Assembly (NCBI GenBank): GCA_000002445.1
Contig: CP000070.1
Location: 160,001 to 224,000, forward strand
Direction: 5' to 3'
From: Trypanosoma brucei
Taxonomy: Eukaryota
Length of the DNA stretch: 64,000 bases
Below the pieces are notes generated by a model, which had not been told where the DNA came from, did not search any database, and saw nothing but the letters and a program-made list of their open reading frames with translations. A program made the translations under genes and the position numbers. Positions 62,301 to 64,000 of this stretch are shown one piece after another. How positions within the stretch are numbered: the first letter of the stretch is position 1; each line of letters begins with the position of its first letter.

Positions 62301-64000
62301 CGCTGAGTACAGTGTCGAAATATTCCCACGGACCCTCTGGATCGTCTCCACGCAACGTACCGGTTACAAAGTCCATAACAGCCAGCGACTTTCCCGTTCC
62401 AGTCACACCGTTCAGTAAAACGTGCCGTGAGTTTGCAACAAGAACTCCAAAGAGAGTTATGACGCTGACTGTCTCCGCGGTGGGTACAATGAGATCGAAG
62501 TACGGCAACTCCGGGCTGAAACAGAAAGTGGGCACCAGATGACGCCACGTGACAAACCTCATCGATGCTTTGTGCACAACGTAGTCGTAAACGCTGTTAC
62601 CATCATCAGCCGCGATCTTTCCTGGAAGCAACTCCTCAAAGTGCTTCTTGACAAAAGCACTGAAGCGTTCACGAGAGTCATCCCGAAGGTTACCCCCCAC
62701 TGACCAAACAAACGACATTAAAAAGTACATGTCAAGCAAGGTTTCATCATCCGCAGATACTTGCTCATACGCGATCTCAGGGGCCTTAAATTCCTCTGGC
62801 TCACTCGGCACCAGCTTGACGCCCGAGTATGTCGTCTCAGGTAAGAGATACACGTCATCGTTTTGCGGTTTCGCTTCCTTCGTACGAAGCAGTGGTGGCA
62901 GTAGGTCCTCTTCATCAATAGTTTTCATGAACGCAGCAAGCAGTTCGATGCACGATACTGCTAACTGGGCATCAACAGACCCAATCCACTCCCGACACTC
63001 TTTACGAATGAAGTCAAGGGACATGGGGAGGAAGCGCTCCAGCAGCTCACTTACGCGGTCCGCTCGAAATCTAGGAAACATGGAAGCTTTTTTGGTCACA
63101 AGACTCTTTGCTAGGGGAATCCACCCACGTCCACCGTCCACATAAAACGGTTCCGTGAACACCATACCGCAGCGGGACACAGTTGCGGGTGACGCAACTG
63201 CCAGATCCTGAACTTCAAACATAAAAGTTGCCGTGCTTGGAAGTTTGATGCGCTCACCGTTAAAAAGACACAGCAACTTGTTGTCATCCAACACTGTGTT
63301 CATATTTTCAATCCAAATAGCATCGACAGGTCCGTCGAAAACAATCCACTGACGATCAGGAAGTTCCTGCGCAACTCTTGTAATGGTCCTTGCAATGTTA
63401 CTAATAATACCGTCCGTCCATTCGCGTGTGATTTCATTCACCTGGCCGTAAAGCTCACCCATTGTAACAGACTTTGGATTTAAAAGGTGAATGTGAATGG
63501 TGTTAAAAAGCGGAATGTTGCCCTCTGGATCGTGCCCGTCTGCTTTAATTTGTGTCAGAGCCCCTTGAACAACGTGCATGATAGTCGACTTCCCGCTAAA
63601 AGTTTGACCAACAAGCATTACACCATGACGTACAACGAGTGTGTCGTAAAGTTGCAATGTTTTTGTTATCAACCCTTCGACCACCTGCAACCCTTTTTTC
63701 TCCATATCTTCCCGCACGTAGCGAACTAAGAGGTCACTCTGGGTCTCCTCGATCTTTACAGTGGGAAAGAGATCCTTAATAAGAGCCATGAAAAGTATGG
63801 TGTCGTCACGGAGAAACTTGGGAACATTGGCGTCCCGCATTGCTCTAATCAAAAGCATATCTTCATCATCGTTCGGATGTTGCCGCTTAAGACCTCCAGC
63901 AAGAACGAGAATAGACTTTACCGCACGCATACCAAAGTCGTAGTGATCCTGCTTTGACAACTGCTCGGAGCTTAACTTGTACAACTGCACCATCTTGCGC
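56317..64000 (-). CDS. Dynein heavy chain, probably axonemal. C-terminal ~2560 aa only; the N-terminal part continues beyond the right window edge.
   Basis: The reading frame stays open upstream of the reported Met at 63993 (…R-K-M-V-Q…) to the window end. AAA-module motifs GVTGTGKSLAV and LLVGMGGTGRQSLCKLAAF, coiled-coil stalk, and a conserved C-terminal domain. Stop at 56317. Confidence 0.9.
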   Translation of the reverse strand, partial: RKMVQLYKLSSEQLSKQDHYDFGMRAVKSILVLAGGLKRQHPNDDEDMLLIRAMRDANVPKFLRDDTILFMALIKDLFPTVKIEETQSDLLVRYVREDMEKKGLQVVEGLITKTLQLYDTLVVRHGVMLVGQTFSGKSTIMHVVQGALTQIKADGHDPEGNIPLFNTIHIHLLNPKSVTMGELYGQVNEITREWTDGIISNIARTITRVAQELPDRQWIVFDGPVDAIWIENMNTVLDDNKLLCLFNGERIKLPSTATFMFEVQDLAVASPATVSRCGMVFTEPFYVDGGRGWIPLAKSLVTKKASMFPRFRADRVSELLERFLPMSLDFIRKECREWIGSVDAQLAVSCIELLAAFMKTIDEEDLLPPLLRTKEAKPQNDDVYLLPETTYSGVKLVPSEPEEFKAPEIAYEQVSADDETLLDMYFLMSFVWSVGGNLRDDSRERFSAFVKKHFEELLPGKIAADDGNSVYDYVVHKASMRFVTWRHLVPTFCFSPELPYFDLIVPTAETVSVITLFGVLVANSRHVLLNGVTGTGKSLAVMDFVTGTLRGDDPEGPWEYFDTVLSAQSRARDIEDRLDGKLYKLRSNAIGPKPGKRAVFIVDDLNMPALERYGASPPLELLRQLITQGGFYDKRKSPATFKEVHDVVFLTACGVPGGGRNEMTKRLTSRFHLLCQPSFSDHSIRRIFGCILHGFLSAWEQPDVNALSSVLVEAIKECYYLISTEKLPTPKRSHYTFNLRDFSKVVQGIMQVSPTSAPTREILLNVFVHEVSRVFHDRMIDDGDRRWWWKTLSGVSQRVLKMNWDPRLENVIFGDYMRRDRSQYAEIQTGEGLIEVLREYQNGYNIESNGTCELVFFKDAIHHISRICRIFRQPRGHALLVGMGGTGRQSLCKLAAFMCNLAVHEVTITRSFNMAEFRERLKGILMESGCKDNPSVFFLTDNQIVQEEMLEDVNNLLNTGEVPGLMQNEDIDQIVEAVRPLASAAGKKEARNAIFSHFVTLCRNNVHVVLALSPVGEPFRRRLRMFPSLVNCCTIDWFDQWPADALHSVAQHIFSELPLDEEMKNGLIKLCVSIHIDVQNRSEEFFEELHRRNYTTPSSYLELLNCYHQLLSEQEEQTIAQMKRYQAGLDKLQSTQCTVDEMKEQLVQMQPKLLQAAQDTEEIMTKVKLEQESAQVVRTECSKEEEAAMAIRREADGIRAECQAELDKALPILRAAENALAELRPDDIREVKSFQKPAARVVLVLEAVLILLGERDLSWDRAKLVMGRMDFIKDLQNYKKDELTERTIRSIQKYVNNPEFQPQEVAKSSKACKSLSMWVLAINNYYEVVKVVAPKRERLAEAEAKLSVATATLREAQDRLKSIEDKINGLKRDMQENIEKKNKLEADIALTKARLNRSEQLMSGLSREQDRWHSSITFLQDEKLGLPGKVALAAGCIAYLGPFTGPYRKRMLTAWWENCKEFGVPIGNSVFDLTTLVSPAKVSSWSAAGLPQDPVSTENGVIVTKSKRWCLCIDPQGQACAWIRAMERENNLRTIRLSDPSYMRTLENAIRVGLPVLIENVEETVDAALDPVLLRQTYRSQGRLLLKLGDVEIDYDPGFRMYMTSKLPNPHYLPELQIKVTVINFTVTQGGLENQLLTDVVRYECAELEAKASNTQKDISDGKTQLKAIEDRILHLLTSSTGNILDNEPLVRTLSEAKDTSEAVTEALNLAEQTQKDIEVACNRYRPVATRGAVIYTVLSHLARVDHMYQISLDFFKQLFVKSMHRTEKVSDVDERVAILLPAVTLDSYRTVCRGLFERDKPLFVALIFSEIYRQEGIISDAEWEFLLKGSEGRSLVDIDNDSWPVWMTEAAWNELTALSMALPETFGDIKDTIYDNEDDWSTWFESDTAYEWFPSTTQGLTLFQKVLVLKACREDLTSHGLSIVCSHYLGKVFTESPAFDLEACFADSSPTAPIIFVLTAGIDPTVLFTEFAERKGFAEKKLVLSLGQDQGPKAEEMIRRGSKDGWWVYLQNCHVYESWMSTLERCVEKLHISTTLHSDFRLWLTTMPTRSFPVLLLQSGVKVVKEPPKGLKANIRDSFCNEVTPALWDGRPENPTTWRRLLCSLAYFHAVIQERRKFGPLGWNIPYEWNQSDFSASLHTLQVYVPTGVSESVPWSALRYMVGTINYGGRVTDFLDSRALVNILDAFFNENVLQPGQFNITSDGVYCIPEDVESLDAVKEYLADLPAFESPELFGMHSNADIACNRTTARNQLAVMLSVQPRTKGTAGRSPEDKVLEMVSEFQTRLPEAIDKTKAHPDTYQLTEGGVMISLGTVVSQEIDVFNSIIRKLEATLLELKRGIKGEVVMSARLESMFDACLLGQVPQIWHENSYLSRKPLASWFQDTLLRVEFFRDWNDNGMPMSFWISGFFFPQGFLTGVLQAHSRENMIPIDDIRFRTNVTRYEVVEDIVNTPKAGVLIHGLFLEGARFTFEGMSLCESNPRELYTSMPLINLEPQRLKDQDKSKPVYECPVYKTSARAGALSTTGLSTNYVISLDLSPGSSPPEHWIRRGVALLCMLDD

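Noticed and set aside
1-64000. Prokaryotic-style interpretation (operon, defence island, mobile element, prophage)
   Set aside because: Gene sizes up to 2.8k codons, flagellar dynein/TROVE/WD40 content, (TA)n-rich 0.5-1.5-kb intergenic regions and single-strand gene arrangement all indicate a trypanosomatid polycistronic unit. No integrase, transposase or terminal inverted repeats were seen.

Overview
Read as a trypanosomatid (Trypanosoma-like) nuclear chromosome segment, not a prokaryotic locus. About 22 protein-coding genes all lie on the minus strand, consistent with a single directional polycistronic unit. Intergenic regions are 0.4-1.5 kb, carry (TA)n microsatellites and C/G homopolymers, and show no introns, operon signals or CRISPR. 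I found no rRNA or tRNA by eye. Genes I recognise: (1) the C-terminal ~2560 aa of a dynein heavy chain (56317-64000, runs off the right edge); (2) an axonemal inner-arm dynein light chain p28/DNALI1 homolog; (3) a DNAAF1/LRRC50/ODA7 dynein assembly factor homolog; (4) a 2806-aa TEP1-like protein (TROVE, DUF4062-like, degenerate NACHT, WD40); (5) an RluA-family pseudouridine synthase; (6) an adrenodoxin-type 2Fe-2S ferredoxin; (7) a DnaJ membrane protein; (8) a RING-H2 protein; (9) an RRM+RGG RNA-binding protein; (10) a nicalin-like type I membrane protein; (11) a 1516-aa protein with ~11 perfect 102-bp in-frame tandem repeats; (12) several lineage-specific hypothetical proteins. Important: the supplied ORF track misses a ~4 kb minus-strand gene at 1-3998. 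It has an ATG but no in-window stop, and encodes an N-terminal tandem-BRCT protein; I checked the frame codon by codon. Nothing here looks like a novel defence or mobile system. The most interesting items are the TEP1-like vault/telomerase-type giant protein, the missed BRCT gene, the perfect repeat array and three axonemal dynein genes in one unit.
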